From the human T2T-CHM13v2.0 reference genome, Homo sapiens, in the NCBI RefSeq assembly GCF_009914755.1, contig NC_060943.1: DNA of 64,000 bases; one strand, given 5' to 3'. Shown here in pieces: positions 20,021-42,635 of this stretch. Both the position numbers and the translations under genes were made by a program. The notes beneath the pieces are model-generated. The model saw only the letters and a program-made list of their open reading frames with translations, did no database searches and was not told the origin of the DNA. The number at the start of each line of letters is the position of its first letter. The stretch's first letter is position 1.

Positions 20021-23000
20021 CTCCTAATGTCACAGGGGTGTACACACTGTAATATTATTCACAATATCCTAAAGGGATGTTACTACTAATGTCACAATGC
20101 ATGTTCACCCTATGATATTATCTGTAATATCCTAGGGGGATGTTACTGCTAATGTCACAGGGGGTGTATACCTTGTAATATTATTTGTAATATCCTAGAA
20201 AAATGTTACTCCTCATGTCACAGGGGGTATACACTCTATGATATTATTCATAATATCCTAGGGCGACATTGCTCCTGTTGTCACAGTGGGTGTACGCCCC
20301 GTGATATTACTCATAATATCCCAGGAAAATGTTACTCCTAATATCACTTAGGGGGTGTACGCAATGTCACAGGGGATGTACACCATGTGTACTCCTAATG
20401 TTACTTCTAATGTCACTTGGGGTGTACAGAATGTCACAGGGGGTGTACTCCTAATGTCATAGGCAATGTACTCCTAATGTCATAGGGAATGTACTCCTAA
20501 TGTCACAGGGGGTGTACACAATGTCACAGGGGGTGTAAATTGTCACAGGGTGTGTACATTGTCACAGGCGGTGTACACAATGTCACAGGGTGTGTACACC
20601 ATGTGTACACAATATCACAGGGAGTGTACACCATGTGTACACCATGTCGCAGGGACTGTATACCATGTGTGCACACTCCCTGTGATATTATTCATAATAT
20701 TCTATGGGGATGTTACTTCTAATATTAAATGTGATATTCACCATCACTATTCTAGAAGGATGTTACTTCTAACATCACAGGGTGTGTACACCATATGTGT
20801 ACACACCCTGTGATATTACACATAATATCTTAGAGGGATGCTTCTTTTGTTTCACAGGGTGTGCACACCATGTGTACACACCCTGTGATATTATTCATAA
20901 TAGCCTAGGGGGATGTTACTCCTAATGTCACAAAGGAAGTATCCCATTTATGTACAAGTCCTGTGATATTATTCCTAATATCCTAGGGGGATGTTGCTTC
21001 TAATATCACATGGAGTGTACAGCATCTGCGTACACCTTCTGTGATATTATTCATAATATCCTATAGGGATGTTACCCCTAATGACATAAAATGTGTACAC
21101 CATGTGTGTAAACCACCTGTGATATTACTCATAATATTCTAGTGGGATATTAATTTTAATGTACACAAAGGGTGTACAAAATGTCACTGGCTGTACATCT
21201 TGTGATATTATTTGTAATATCTTAAAAGGATGTTACTCCTAATGTCACAGGTGGTGTAAATTCCTTGGTATTATTTGTAATCTCCTAGGAAGATATTACT
21301 TCCAACATCACAGTAGAAGTATGTACATGGTACACCCTCTGAATTGTTTGTAATATCTTAGGGAGATATAATTCCTAATATCACAGTGGGTGTACCCCAT
21401 GTGTGTATACCCTGTGATATTATTCATAATCTCCAGGGTAAATATTACTTGTAATATAACAGAGAGTGTACACTCTGTGATACTGTTCATAATATTTTAG
21501 GAACATATTGCTTCTAATATCACAGTGGGTATACACAATGTGTGTACACTCTATTATAATATTCCTTATATTTTAGGAATATAAATGTCACAGTGGCTGC
21601 ACACGATATTATTCATAATATCCTTGGAGTGTGTTACTATTAATATCACAGTGGTTGTACACTCTGTGATATTATTCTTTTTATACTAGGGGGATGTTAC
21701 TCCTAATGTCACAGGGGGTGTACGCCCTGTGATATTATTTGTAATATCCTATTGGAATGTTACTACTAATGTCACAATGCATGTACACCCTGTGATATTA
21801 GTTGTAATATCCTAGGGGGATGTTACTCCTAATGTCACAGGTTGTGCTTGCCCTGTGATATTATTTGTAATATTCTAGGCGTATGTTACTCCTAATGTCA
21901 TAGTGGGTGTACACTCTTTAATATTATTCATAATATCCTACGGGGATGTTACTCCGAATGTCACAGAGTGTGTACACCCTGTGATATTATTTGTAATATC
22001 CTAGGAAGATGTTAATCCTAATGTCACAGGGGGTGTACACCATGTCTGTAAACCTTCTGTAATATTCTACAGGGATGTTACTCATAATATTACAGGGGGT
22101 GTTCACCATGTGTGTACACCCCCTATGATATTATTCATAATATCCTAGAAGGATGTTACACCTGATGTCACAGGGGGTAAACACCATGTGTGTACACACC
22201 CTGTGATATTATTCATAATATCTTAGGGGGATGTTACTCCTAATTTTACAGAATGTGTAAACCATGTGTATCCACCTCCTGTGATATTATTTGTAATATC
22301 CTAGGGGGGTGTTACTTCTACTGTCACAGGGTGAGTACATCATGTGTGTACAACCACTGTGATATTATTTTTAATATCCTAGGGGGATATTGTTCCTAAT
22401 GTCACATGGAATGTGCACCATGTGTCTACACCTTCTGTAATATTATTCGTAATATCCTAGGAAGATGTTAATCTTTATGCCACAGGGGGTGTACACCATG
22501 TGTGTATACCCCTTGTGTTATTATTTCCAATATCCTAGTGGGATGTTACTTTTAATGTCACAAAGGGTGTACACCTTGTGATATTACTCATAATATCCTA
22601 GAAAAACGTTACTCTTAATGTTACAGGAAGTGTAACCCTTTGAAATTATTCATAATATTCTAGGGTGATATTACTTTAAATATCACAGCGGGTGTACATA
22701 CACCATGTGTCTACACCCTTGATATTATTCATAATATCCAGGGTACATATTTTTTCTAATATCAATGAGGGTGTACACCCTGTGATATTTTTCATAATAT
22801 TTTAGGGAGATATTGCTTCTAATATCACTGTGAGGATACACCATGTGTGTACACTCTCTGATATTATTCCGTATGTCCTAGAAAGATATTACTCCTGATA
22901 TCACAGTGAGTGTACCCCATGTGTGTCCACCCTGTGATATTATTCATAATATCAAGAGTAAACATTACATCTAATATCACAGAGAGTGTGGACCCTGTGA

Positions 23001-23529
23001 TATTTCTCAAAATATTGTAGGGAGATACTGCTTCTAATATCACAGTGGGTACACACCATATGTGTTCATTCTGTGATATTATTCCTTATATCCTAGGGAG
23101 ATATTACTCCTAATATCACAGAGGGTGTACACCCAGCGACATTATTCGTAATATCCTAGGAGGATGTTACTCCTAAGGTCACAGTGGGTATACACCCTGT
23201 GATATTATTCATAATATTCTAGGAAGATGTTACTTTTAAAGTCACAGGGCATGTACACCCTTTGATATCATTCGTAATATCCTAGGCAGATATAACTCCT
23301 AATATTATAGCGGGTGTACCCCATGTGTGTACACCCTTGATATTACTCATAATATCCAGGGTAAATATTCATTCTAATATCACAGAGGGTGTACATCCTG
23401 TGATATTTTTCATAATATTTTTGGAGATATTGCTTCTAATATCGCAGTGGGTGTACCCCATGTGCGTACACTCTGTGGTATTATTTTTTATATCCTAGGG
23501 AGATATTACCCCTAATATCACAGTGGGTG
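20021..23529. repeat. AT-rich tandem satellite (SATR1/SATR2-like) of 63-bp and ~78-bp monomers; last unit resumes at 24757-24783
   Basis: Consensus ~GATATTATTCATAATATCCTAGGGGGATGTTACTCCTAATGTCACAGGGGGTGTACAC(CATGTGTGTACAC)CCTGT; spacing 63 bp (21731, 21794, 21857) and 78 bp (22127, 22205, 22283, 22361). Confidence 0.9.
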
Positions 23530-25116
<1,587 letters not shown>

Positions 25117-25177
25117 CCTTGCTGCCTTTTCTAACTCACACTACGGAAGGAATGGAACAGATAATAAGAAAATGAGA

Positions 25178-25920
25178 TTAGACTATTCTGCAGTGCAGCT
25201 GCCGCAGGGCACTTTTAATTTCCCTGTTAGGCTGTAGATGAAGGGGTTCAGCATGGGAGTAACCACCGTGTACATCACTGAGGCCACTGCACCTTTTCTG
25301 GGATAAGAGGACATGTCTGAACTGAGGTCCCCTCCAAAGCCTGTTCCATAAAATAAGCAAACAACTGACAGGTGAGAGCCACAGGTGGAGAAGGCTTTAT
25401 ACTTCCCACCTGATGATGAAACCCTCAGAATGGAGGAAACAATTTTATAGTAAGAGAAAAGGTCCCCGAAATGGGAAGAAAACCAAATATGGCAGCAAGG
25501 AAATACATGACTATGTCATTGGTGAAGGTGTCACAACAGGCAAGGGTGGGGGAGTTGAGAAGGGTCACAGAAGAAATTGGGAATTTCCACATCCTTGAAG
25601 CAGGTAATTTGTAAGGCAATCCAATTGTGCAGCTGGGAGTCTAAAAGACTGAGAAAAAAAGACAACAAAACTAGGAAGCCACAGAAACATGGGTTCATGA
25701 TGACTGGATAATCCAGAGGGTGACAGATGTCCACAAACCGGTCATAAGCCATCACACTCAGAAGCATGTCTTCCATGCATCCAAAAACGGCAAAAAGAGA
25801 TACCTGAGTCAGGCAGCCCGCATAGGAGATGACTCTGCTGTGAGACTGGATGTCCACAATCATCTTGGAGACTATGGTGGAGGGGAAACCGATGCCAGCC
25901 AAGGACAGGTTGGAGAGGAA
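25178..25920 (-). pseudogene. OR7E18P: 5'-truncated OR7E pseudogene with frameshifts
   Basis: Homology to OR7E24 begins abruptly at FLSNLSLA (25920), so TM1 is missing. Indels near 25545 (+1), 25463 (-1) and 25228 (-4). Symbol inferred from gene order. Confidence 0.75.
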
Positions 25921-26129
25921 TCTGGCTATTTCCCGGTTTCCATTTAATATTGGAGTTACAGAGAATGTCTTAATTCACTTCTATTAGCCCTTGCATTGGA
26001 TTGGCCTTTAATGTGCCAGAGACTTATGTTTGATGCTTGTTTCAGTGACTCTCCGGGTCTAAGTATTTTGTCCAAATGAATATACAATGGTATATTCCTT
26101 ACTTATTGAACTTTAGTTATTTGATAACT

Positions 26130-26560
26130 GATACATCACTGAAATACAAGACATTCTCAGAAGGTGGCAATTAACGTGTTGACCAGGGTGGCAGTCATCT
26201 GAAGGCTGGAAGGTAGAGGATCAACTTCCAACCTCACTCACAAGGTTGTTACCAGGATTCGGTTGCTCTGAAACATTAGACAGAAAATTCCCTCAATTTC
26301 TTGCATTAAGGGTCTCTGCATAAAGCAGCTGACCACATGGCATTTGGCTTCCATCAATGCAAAGCAAGATGGGGCAGCAAAATAAAAGCTGAGGTCCTTC
26401 GTTCTATTCTCAGAGTGACATCACATCACTTCTTCCACACTCTCGTAGTTGGGAATCAGTCACCAGGTGCATCTCACACTAAATAGGAGCAGATTGCCCA
26501 AGGGTATGAAAACCAGGAGGTGGGATGTCCTTGGGAACATCTCAGATGCTGCTCATCACA
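26130..26560 (+). mobile_element. MaLR (MLT1-type) LTR fragment
   Basis: GGCAGTCATCTGAAGGCTG...ATCAACTTCCAACCTCACTCACA motifs. Confidence 0.55.
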
Positions 26561-26614
26561 CAGGCCCCATTTTCTGCCAGGACTTTGGGCTCCAAGGACA
26601 TCAAGAACCAGGTC

Positions 26615-29200
<2,586 letters not shown>

Positions 29201-29593
29201 AGATATGCAATCATTGCATGGCCTTGGGGGAAAAAAAGGCTATTGCACTTACTTTGCTGCAGAGAAATCTGAGGCTCAGAAAGGAGCTGTGAGTTGTGAT
29301 ATCACCAGGACACCAGTGTCATTGCTCAGACACTCCTAGACACAAGGACGCTGTTGAGGTATATGGGATCCGCTTGTGATGTTTATGATGAACAAATGAT
29401 ACCAGAATACTCACCCGTTCCAACTAAAGACCCAAAAAAGGAAGCAATATTCATACATGAAACATGGAGAGAAACGAAAGCAAACAAGCAACAAAAATAA
29501 TGTGACCAAAGAGACAGAATTTGCAAATAGACATGTTTGATTTTGCAATATATTTCAGCCCCCACTACAGAAAGGATGGAACAGATAATGAGA

Positions 29594-30532
29594 TTAGACT
29601 GTTCTGCTGTGCAGCCTCCACAGGGCACTTTTAATGTCCCTGTTTCTCAGGCTGTAGATGAAGGGGTTCAGCATAGGGATGACCACAGTGTACATCACTG
29701 AGGTGACCGCACCCTTCCTGGGGAAAGAGGACGCAGCTGAACTGAGGTAGGCTCCAAGTCCTGTTCCATAAAATAAGCAAACAACTGCCAGGTGAGAGCC
29801 ACATGTGGAGAAGGCTTTATACTTCCCATCTGATGATGGAATTCTTAGAATGGAGGAGACAATTTTATAGTAAGACAAAAGGATCCCTGAGATGGGAAGA
29901 AAACCAAATATAACACTATCTAAATACATGAATATGTTATTGATGACACTGTCAGAACAGGCAAGGTTGAGAAGTTGAGATGGCTCACAGAAAAAATTAA
30001 AGATTTCCACATTCTTGAAGCAGGTGAATTGTAACACAATCTGATTGTGCAGCTGGGAGTTCAACAGGCTAAGAATAAAAGACACCAAAACTAAGAAGAC
30101 ACAGAGATGGGGATTCATGATGACTGGGTAGCGTAGGGGGTGACAAATGGCCACAAACTGGTCATAGGCCATCACAGTCAGGACCATGTCATTCATACAC
30201 ACAAAATAGATAAAGACATCTGCATCAGGCAGCCCTCATAGGAGATGATTCTGCTGTGAGATTGCATATCAACAATCATCTTAGGGATGGTGGCAGAGGT
30301 GAGTCCGATGTCAGCCAAGGACAAGTTGGAGAGGAAGAAGTACATGGGGGTGTGGAGGTGGGAGTCACAGCTGACGGCCAGGATGATGAGCAGGTTCCCC
30401 AGCACCGTGATCAGGTACATGGACAGGAACAGCCCAACGAGGACGGGCTGCAGTTCTGGATCCTCTGAGAGTCCCAGGAAGAGAAATTCTAAGACACCTG
30501 TGAGATTCTGCGAGTCTGTGTAACTTGGACAC
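29594..30532 (-). pseudogene. OR7E19P: OR7E pseudogene, main exon; a single 4-nt deletion in TM3 (~30200) and MAYDQF in place of MAYDRF
   Basis: ORFs 30193-30579 and 29594-30202 join into a full OR when aligned to OR7E24; acceptor CTCAAG|GTGTCC at 30533/30532. Symbol inferred from gene order. Confidence 0.8.
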
Positions 30533-32944
30533 CTTGAGAAGAAAAGAGGGTTGAAAAAATAAAAGACATAAATCAGCACTTACTGCTGTGTGCATATTTT
30601 GGATACAAGCAATTCACAAGTAACATTTTCACACTTGAAGACCATACACCCTCAGCAATATTTCTCCATTGTGAGAAACCCAAAAATCTCAGAATTATTA
30701 CATGATTTACTTTTTTGCTATTCAACTCTTTCTGTATATACCTACTTCAGAGAAAATCCACTGAAGAATGTTAAAAGATCAAGGACGTAATATATAACAA
30801 ATCCATGATTGCAATAAAACATGGCCTAGTCTTTTCAGAAAAAAAAAATAAGAAATGTACTTTTCTAAGAAAAAAAAAGCCCAATTTAATTAAAAGAAAT
30901 TAAGAAGCAGTGAAATATAATTCATTTTATTCTGACACTGTGCTACAAACTCCTTGGATGTAGAATATTTATAAACACTATACAAGAGCTAGGAGCACAT
31001 TATCTAGAAACTAAAACAGACCTGCTAGTTCATAATCAGAAGACCTTTTTACATGCCAATTACTTTTCATATTTTTTATCATTCTTAGGTTTTCTGACAT
31101 CATTTCTTCACACAAGTAAATGCACACTCAAATATAGGAGCTATGTTTCCAAATTTATTTAATATATAGCTCTTGTCCTTGGCTCATGTTTTCTTTGGGT
31201 TTTGATAAGAAAGCTTTGTTGCACATAATCATAGGCCTTCAGCGACCACACAGCTATCGATAATGTGTAATGCATGTGTCATCACTAAATAATAATGAAG
31301 TTTAATAACATTTTCTCTTTATTTTATTTTAGCCTGGAATGATGCGAAACTCAAAATTGTGTCTAAGCACGAGAATCAGGTCTACCTGCCCTCTTCTCTT
31401 TGTGCCTTTCTTCATTCTGATATAGCTACAAAAATCTCTGCGATGGTATTTAGGTACTTGAACATTGCAGATGCTATTAAATGGAATTCTAAGGTCCCTG
31501 TGTCTGTGACATAGACATAAACAGGTGTTATCTTGTATCTCATTTTATTAGACATTCCTAAAGGGATGAGGGGACAGACAAGAAACCACCAACTGTGTTG
31601 AGGTCACACTAATCACAGCCAATTTTTTGTGATCCAAGGAAGGGCCTATCCAGTATTTAACGGGGAACTTTATTTTTGATGCCTCCTTTGGGACTGGCAA
31701 GATATAGGCTCTGGGGGATCAGAAACGAAAGAGATGCAAACATTCCTCTCATAATACTCAGCACTTACTTAGATAGGTGCAAATGTCAAATGTCCTGTCA
31801 GGGATGTAGGGAACTGTAACTTCAGGCCAGAGGACATTTCAGTTCAATTGTATGAAGATTAAGCTTAAAATAGTAATAAGAATATCAAAATTCACTTTGG
31901 TTTTATGTATCCATCACATAGAGATCAGCAGAGAACACCCATGATCTGTTGAATCATCACTCACTGTAGTTGGGTCAACTAGAAATCAGCTCAGATGATA
32001 GTGCTGAGTCTCAGAGACACAGAGATCTCACCCCGTGTCACAGAGTTCAGGGAAATGGGCAGATTCAAAACTAAATGGTCCGTCTCTGAGGCCCAGGCAC
32101 TACCCTTCTTCATTATTGTTCAGCTCTCAGAAAGTCTTAAGCAGAGGTGGGAGGTCTTAACTACAGGCACTTCTGGGGTGCATTTAGAAACGAGTTCCAG
32201 CTTCCTGAATAGAAATGGAGCCAAGACCCTGATTTTATGTCTCCTTTGAGGAGGTGGAGAGCTGCAAGGAAAGCCAGGAACGGGGGAAAGGGAGAGATGC
32301 ACCCTGAATGATCCTGTGCCAGTTCTTTCTGGGATCTTTGATGTGATCTCAGCTGCCCTTTCTATACGTGATACTATGAATGTAGCACCCTCTAGTCTAG
32401 CTGTGGTCTACCAGGAACCCCCCAAGGGAAGGGCACAGTGAGCAAGGGCATCTGCCAGGACTGACAGGGATTTGAGAGGGCAGGTTGGACTCAGAGAGAG
32501 GCCTGGCCCAATGCCATGTGTCTGGACTTAGACGGCTCCTTTCCTATTCTATAATTAAGAATAATGCGGCAGGTATAATTCAGGGAAGACTAAGCAGATG
32601 AAAGAGAACAGGCTTCATAGAACATCAAGAAGTCCTCAGTAAAAGTTCATGATAGCCTGGTGACCATCGTCTTCCTCCTCATCCTCATCATCACCTTCAT
32701 AATCCTTTTGGCATGCTTAGGGAACACGCTATTACGAGTGAGATGTCTTTGGGAAGTTGAACCAGTGTGGAAGAAAAGTTAAACTTTGAATGAGATTTCT
32801 GAGACCAATCACAACCCAGAACATAAACTCCACGGTCGTCTGAGCTGACATTTTGCACGTGGGTTTCCTCCCATCTGCCACCCCACTGTCCTGTTTGTCC
32901 TGAGGATGAGGAAACAAGGCTCCCGACCATCCCTCAGCACTCAC

Positions 32945-32973
32945 TGAGCTGCGCTTCCCCTCTGCTGGGCCAT
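32945..32973 (-). pseudogene. OR7E19P: Upstream coding mini-exon of the OR7E pseudogene (paralog of 11691-11719)
   Basis: Reverse strand GTCATGGCCCAGCAGAGGGGAAGCGCAGCTCA|GTGAGT is identical to the OR7E24 mini-exon. Confidence 0.65.
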
Positions 32974-34615
32974 GACCACGGAGAGCAGGTCCGCCGTCCT
33001 CCCTGTGTGGTGCACGATGGAGGCTCAGGCTCCGTCCTCAGGACTGGCAGGAAGACAGGGTCAGACATGAGCCTCCTGATGCAGACGACAGGTGTGGAGC
33101 CCACTGGACTGGAAGCTCACACTGCAGGGCTGGAGGCACAGGCTGAGTATTTACTGTCCTATGGCCTTGGGGGCTCAAGGCACAGAGCTCCTCATTAGCC
33201 AAACTGGCCCAAGTTCCCCAGTCTTTAAGGACTTCCTCATTAATGCAAGATAAAGCAGAAAAAATGAACGTCCCCAGGAACTTTTGGGCTCTTCCTCTAA
33301 TGAGGAGAAAGCTTGTGTTCATCGTTCACTTCTTTCATTTCTTTTTCTTTTTCAAGGATGCATCTTTTTTAAGTTTTCATATTTTTATCCTGGCAAAATG
33401 TACCACATTCAATATAAAAATTATAAATATAGGTTTATACAAAATGGTAAGTAACATTTTACCATTTATCCTCTTCAAAATGGTAACCAATACCATTTTA
33501 ACCACTTTTCACTGTACAGTTTGCTGGCATTAAGTACATCCACAGTGTTGTGCAACCACCACCGTCATGCATCAATATATTTCTCTTTCAGAACAGAAAC
33601 TCCTGACTGCAAGCAATCCACCCAGCTTGGCTTCCCGAAGTGCTGGCATTACAGGCGTGAGCCACTGCACCCGGCCATTCTGTATGCTCATTGTCTATTT
33701 GTTTATCTTCTTTAGAGAAATGTCTATTCTAGTCCTCTTGATGGAGCAGTTAACTCCCATTAATATCAAGCAATGGATTGTTCAATACTTCATTATGCAA
33801 AAATAAATAATAGTTTTTTTTTATTTTAAAACATCAAGCAACAGGGCCACAGAGTGGCAGTTAAAAAAAAAAAAAGCTACTGTTGTTTCAACCTTCAATC
33901 GGAACACAGAGATCCCCATATTCTTGTCATCAGAAGCTACTCATGGAGTCCAGCCCACACTCAAGAAGAGGAGATGACACTCGGGCATGAAAACTAGGAG
34001 GCAGGGACCCTTGGAAGGGTCTTAGGAGCCACCCGCAGGCTTCATCTTCTATCAGGGTTTTGTACTCTAAGCACAGCAACACTCTGCAGATATCCAGCAT
34101 AATTCCCAATTCATCACACCACTATGATCACAACCAAAAAATTCCAAAAAAAAAAAATGTCTGGAAGGAAAAACTGGCACTTGGGCAGAACTTCTTCTAC
34201 ATTGAGTACCCACCTGACCAAGCAGTGCACAGAAGCCTCCCTGGATTCTCTTACCCCTGTAGAGTCCTGCCATTGACATCAGGCCAACCAGCAGCCACTC
34301 TATGCCTGAGAACAACAAATCTCCCCTGCAGCTTCCGATTTCCACTCAGTTATCAAGGGATCATCTTGCCGGTCCACAATGTGTCATCATTGTTTTTCTT
34401 TGTGTTTACAGCTTGGGGACTGCCCTTCCCATTAGTGCATTTCCCTGACATTGCCCAAGATATTATGGGTATTTCAAGTTTCAAGATTTCAGTAATGCAC
34501 CGCATAAGGATGTTTCAATGACCAGACTACATACACAGTGGTGGTTCCGTAAGATTTTAAGGGAGCTGAAAAATCCCTATAGCCTAGTGATGTCTTAGCC
34601 ATTGTGGCATCATAA

Positions 34616-35745
34616 TGATAGCAGTGGCTGCTGCCATCAGGCCAGCTGCAGCAGAGAAGGGGCAGCTGGGGCTGCAAACTCCATGGAGCCAGAGGGAGCC
34701 CCGCCCACCCCTTATGAGCTGGAGCTGGAGCTCCCCAGGTGCTGTTGCAGCCGCCCAATCCATGGATGCAGACCCAGGCCTCCGGCTCCACAGAGCAGGC
34801 AGGAGCCTGTGCTCTCCTGGGTGGGGCTACAGCTGCCCCATCTGGCTGTGGTTCCGAGCCTCCCTGTGCTCTTGGAGGCGGGCAGGAGCAGACAGGATCT
34901 GCTCTCCCGGGTGCAGCTGTAGCCGACTGACCCACAGCTGCAGACCTGGGGCTCCCACTCCACGGAGCAGGAAGGAGCCAGGGACAAGTGGGAGCCCCAA
35001 CCCTCCCGAGTTGGCATGGCAGGAGCTCCCAGGGTGTAGCTGCCACTGCCCTCCCAGGCACAGGACCCAGGCATATCTGCAGCCTCCACCCTCGGGGGCC
35101 TGGGAAGGACCCTCCAATCACTGCAGGCTTGGCAGTGTCTGCTCCCACAGCCTGGCCTCTTTCCCTTCTGGTGCCTCCTCCAGTCTCGGAGAGGGGTTGG
35201 GACCAGCTCTGGGGCCATAAATGGCAGTGGGATACAGAGTTCTGGATAAAAGGGGGCAGGTCCCCAGTAAGACCCTACCTTCAGGCCATGGAAGGCCTGA
35301 AGGCTAGACACCATGATGCCAGTCTCACGGATGGAGTGGGGACTTGTAGTGCCTCCTCTGGCCCACCCATGGCTGCCCGTGGAGCGATCAGCATGTGCTT
35401 CCTCCCCTCTGAGGTCCATAAAAGCCCCGGGCTCAGCCAGAGCAGGGCAGAGGATGGAGAGATGACCAGACGACCTGTTAGCAGGGAGGAGCCACCCTCT
35501 CCAGGGCCCCATCTCAGCTGAGAGCTGAACACTTCACCAGAAGACCTGCCTACAGAGAGCAGTTACCCACTGTGGGTCTCCTCTAAGCTGTTGTAACACT
35601 CAATAAAGCTCCTCTTCATCTTGTTCACCCTCCAATTGCCTGCGTACCTCATTCTTCCTGGATGCAAGACAAGAATTCAGGCAAAGGCACCACTGGCCAC
35701 AGAGCTTTCCAGACAGAAAAGTGAAACCCTAAAGATCCCATAACA
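34616..35745 (+). mobile_element. MER52-like ERV1 solo LTR
   Basis: TGATAGC...GATCCCATAACA with 4-bp TSD ATAA (34612-34615, 35746-35749); GC-rich; AATAAA at 35602. Confidence 0.8.
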
Positions 35746-35944
35746 ATAACACAATGTATTCCCCACGTTTGTGATGATGCTTGTGTAAACGAACCTACTG
35801 CACTGCCAGTTACATAATACTGTAGCACATATAATTCTAGGTAGTATGTAATGCTTGACAGTCATCATAAATGACCATGTTAGTGATTTATGTATTTACT
35901 ATACTATACTTTTAATCATTATTTTAGAGTGTTGTCCTTCTATT

Positions 35945-36362
35945 TTTTATTATTTTTTAATTTATTTTTTATTATACTTTTAAGCTTTAGGGTACATGTG
36001 CAAAATGTGCAAGTTTGTTACATATATATACATGTGCCATGTTGGTGTGCTGCACCCATTAACTAATCATTTACATTAGGTATATCTCCTAATGCTATTC
36101 CTCCCCGCTCCCCCCATCCCATGACAGGCCCCAGTGTGTGCTGTTCCCCATCCTGTGTCCAAGTGTTCTCATTGTTCAATTTCCACCTGTGAGTGAGAAC
36201 ATGCAGTGTTTGGTCTCCTGTCCTTGCAATAGTTTGCTCAGAATGATGGTTTCCAGCTTCATTCATGTTCCTACAAAGGACATGAACTCATCCTTTTTTA
36301 TGGCTGCATAGTATTTCATGGTGTATATGTGCCACGTTTTCTTAATCCAGTCTATCATTCAT
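35945..36362 (-). mobile_element. L1PA 3' end
   Basis: TTTATTATACTTTTAAG...GGGTACATGTGC...CTTAATCCAGTCTATCATT; TSD-like GT(T/C)GTCCTTCTATTTTT. Confidence 0.9.
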
Positions 36363-37319
36363 GTCGTCCTTCTATTTTTATATTTTAAAAAATTAACTGG
36401 AAACAGCCTCAGGCAGGTCCTTCAGGAGGTATTTTGGAAGAAGGCATTGTTGTGATAGATGACAGCTCCATGAGTGGCATTGAGACCTTCCAGTGGGACA
36501 AGATGTGGAGGTGGGAGATGTTATATTCATGCTCCTGACCCTGTGTATGCCTGGGCTAATGTGTGTTCGTGTCTTTATTTTTTGGTGCTTTTTTTTTTGT
36601 AGGGACTGTGTCTCGCTATGTGGACCAGGCAGGTCTCAAACTCCTGGCCACAAGTGAATCTCTTCCTGGCTCTCCAAAAGTACTGGGATTACAGGCGTGA
36701 ATCACAGCTCCTGGCTATGTGTCATAGTTTTTAACAGAAAAAAATTTTAACTAAAAAAAAAAAATCTTAATAGAAAAAAGTTATAGAATAAGGATAGAAA
36801 GAAAATAACTTTTGTAACAGCTGTACAATCTGTGTTTTAAGCTAAGTGTTATTACAAAACAGTCAAAAGCCTTTTTTAAAAAGTGAAAATGTTACAGTAA
36901 GCAAGGTTAATTGATTCTTGAAAACAGAAAAATATTTTTTACAAATTTAGTGTAGCCTAAGTGTACAGTGTTTCTAAAGTCTTATAATGATGTACAGTAA
37001 TGTCCTAGGCCTTCACATTCACCCCCTACTCAACGACTCACCCAGATCAACTTCCAGTCCTGCAAGCTCCATTCATGGTAAGTACCCTAAACAGGTGGAA
37101 CTTCTTTTGTCTTTTAGACTGTACCTTTAAACTATATTTTAACTGTACCTTTTCTATGTCTAGATACACAAATACCATTGCACTACTATTGCCTACAGTA
37201 TTCAGCACAGTGACATGCTGTGTGGGTTTGTAGCCTAGGAGCAGTAGGTCATAGCGTAGAAACTAGGTGTGTAGTGGGCTCTACTATCAAGTTAGTCTTG
37301 ATTCCTCTTTCTTTTTTAT

Positions 37320-37645
<326 letters not shown>

Positions 37646-37919
37646 TGATTCCTCTTTCAATATCATTACCTTCTCTGTGATCTCACACGTTTTGAGTACT
37701 ATAAAGGAAAGTCTTTGTAGCAATCAGACTCAGCTATTCTCTTCCAAATTAAACATATGCAAGTCATCAAGACAGTGAGCTTTGATCTCTTTGCAGTCCA
37801 AAGTCCTTTGCAGAGTGTCATGTTATTGATTTAAACTAGCAAGACATTGGGTAATTCCATCGCCAAAACCATATATCAGTTGGTAGAAATTTGCTATGAA
37901 GTGTGGAAAGTCATTGATC

Positions 37920-39070
<1,151 letters not shown>

Positions 39071-39159
39071 TGAAAATCAGAATTTTCAAAACTGTTGTTC
39101 CAACTCTTGAATATTTAAACATAGCACCGTTAACTGTCATAGTAAAACAGAGGTGTTCT

Positions 39160-39563
39160 TGTTGTTGTCATTGTCGTTGTTGTTGTTTTGAGATGAAGTC
39201 TCACTCTGTTGTCCAGGCTGGGGTGCAGTGGCGCAATCTCACTGCATTGGATGATGATTTGCAGCATCATCCAAAGACACATATCCGATTGCTTCTTGGG
39301 ACATCCCTGCATAATCTCTCCTTACACCAAGGTATTCACTGCAACCACCGCCTCCCAGGTTCAAGTGATTCTCCTGCCTCAGCCTCCTGAGTAGCTGGAA
39401 CTACAGGTGCACGCTACCACACCTAGCTAACTTTTGTATTTTTAGTAGAGATGGGGTTTCACCATATTGACCAGCCTAGTTTTGAACTCCTGACTTCCAG
39501 TGATCTGCCTACCTCAGCCTCCCAAAGTGCTGGGATTATAGGCGTAAGCCACCGCGCCCAGCC
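39160..39563 (-). mobile_element. Alu carrying an 89-bp non-Alu insertion (39247-39335)
   Basis: Reverse Alu interrupted between two copies of TCACTGCA. Confidence 0.9.
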
Positions 39564-39890
39564 TAAAACAGAGGTTGTATATTTTTTTTTACTAGTATCT
39601 TGAGTTCCAAGCTCAAATGACAACACTAAAAGTGAGAGGCAAGGTAGGCTATCAGGCAGCAAGTCTAAAATGGTAAACAGGGTCCATGACCCACAGAGAT
39701 TTGTGGTGATGGCAACAGATTGTAGGTGAGCAGACATCGAGTGTATTGTTTGACCTACATATCCAAAAATATCATGATCAAGTCAGCAGAAGTCAGATGT
39801 CAGCCACCACCATTGAAAATCATGATTCTTCTACTAGTTTTCTTGTTTTTTAATGATCACTGCACATTTAATCTTTAAATATGTACATTA

Positions 39891-42570
<2,680 letters not shown>

Positions 42571-42635
42571 CCAGAATTTCTTTAGCTCACTGCTGCTACC
42601 TCTGCCAACTCAGAAGCCCAGGACCAATGTCCCCG

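Larger units (their letters stand above)
34490..37290 (+). mobile_element. Tigger3 (Golem) DNA transposon with nested MER52, L1PA and Alu fragment
   Basis: CAGTAATGCACCGCATAAGGATGTTTC...GGAGCTGAAAAATCCCTATAGCCTAGTG start; internal CAGCCTCAGGCAGGTCCTTCAGGAGGTATT. Confidence 0.8.

Noticed and set aside
20021-23529. Palindromic repeats at regular spacing resembling a CRISPR array
   Set aside because: There are no unique spacers; the whole unit repeats. It is a eukaryotic satellite with no cas genes nearby.
34489-35532. Overlapping 177-266 aa ORFs on both strands
   Set aside because: They lie within the GC-rich MER52-like LTR
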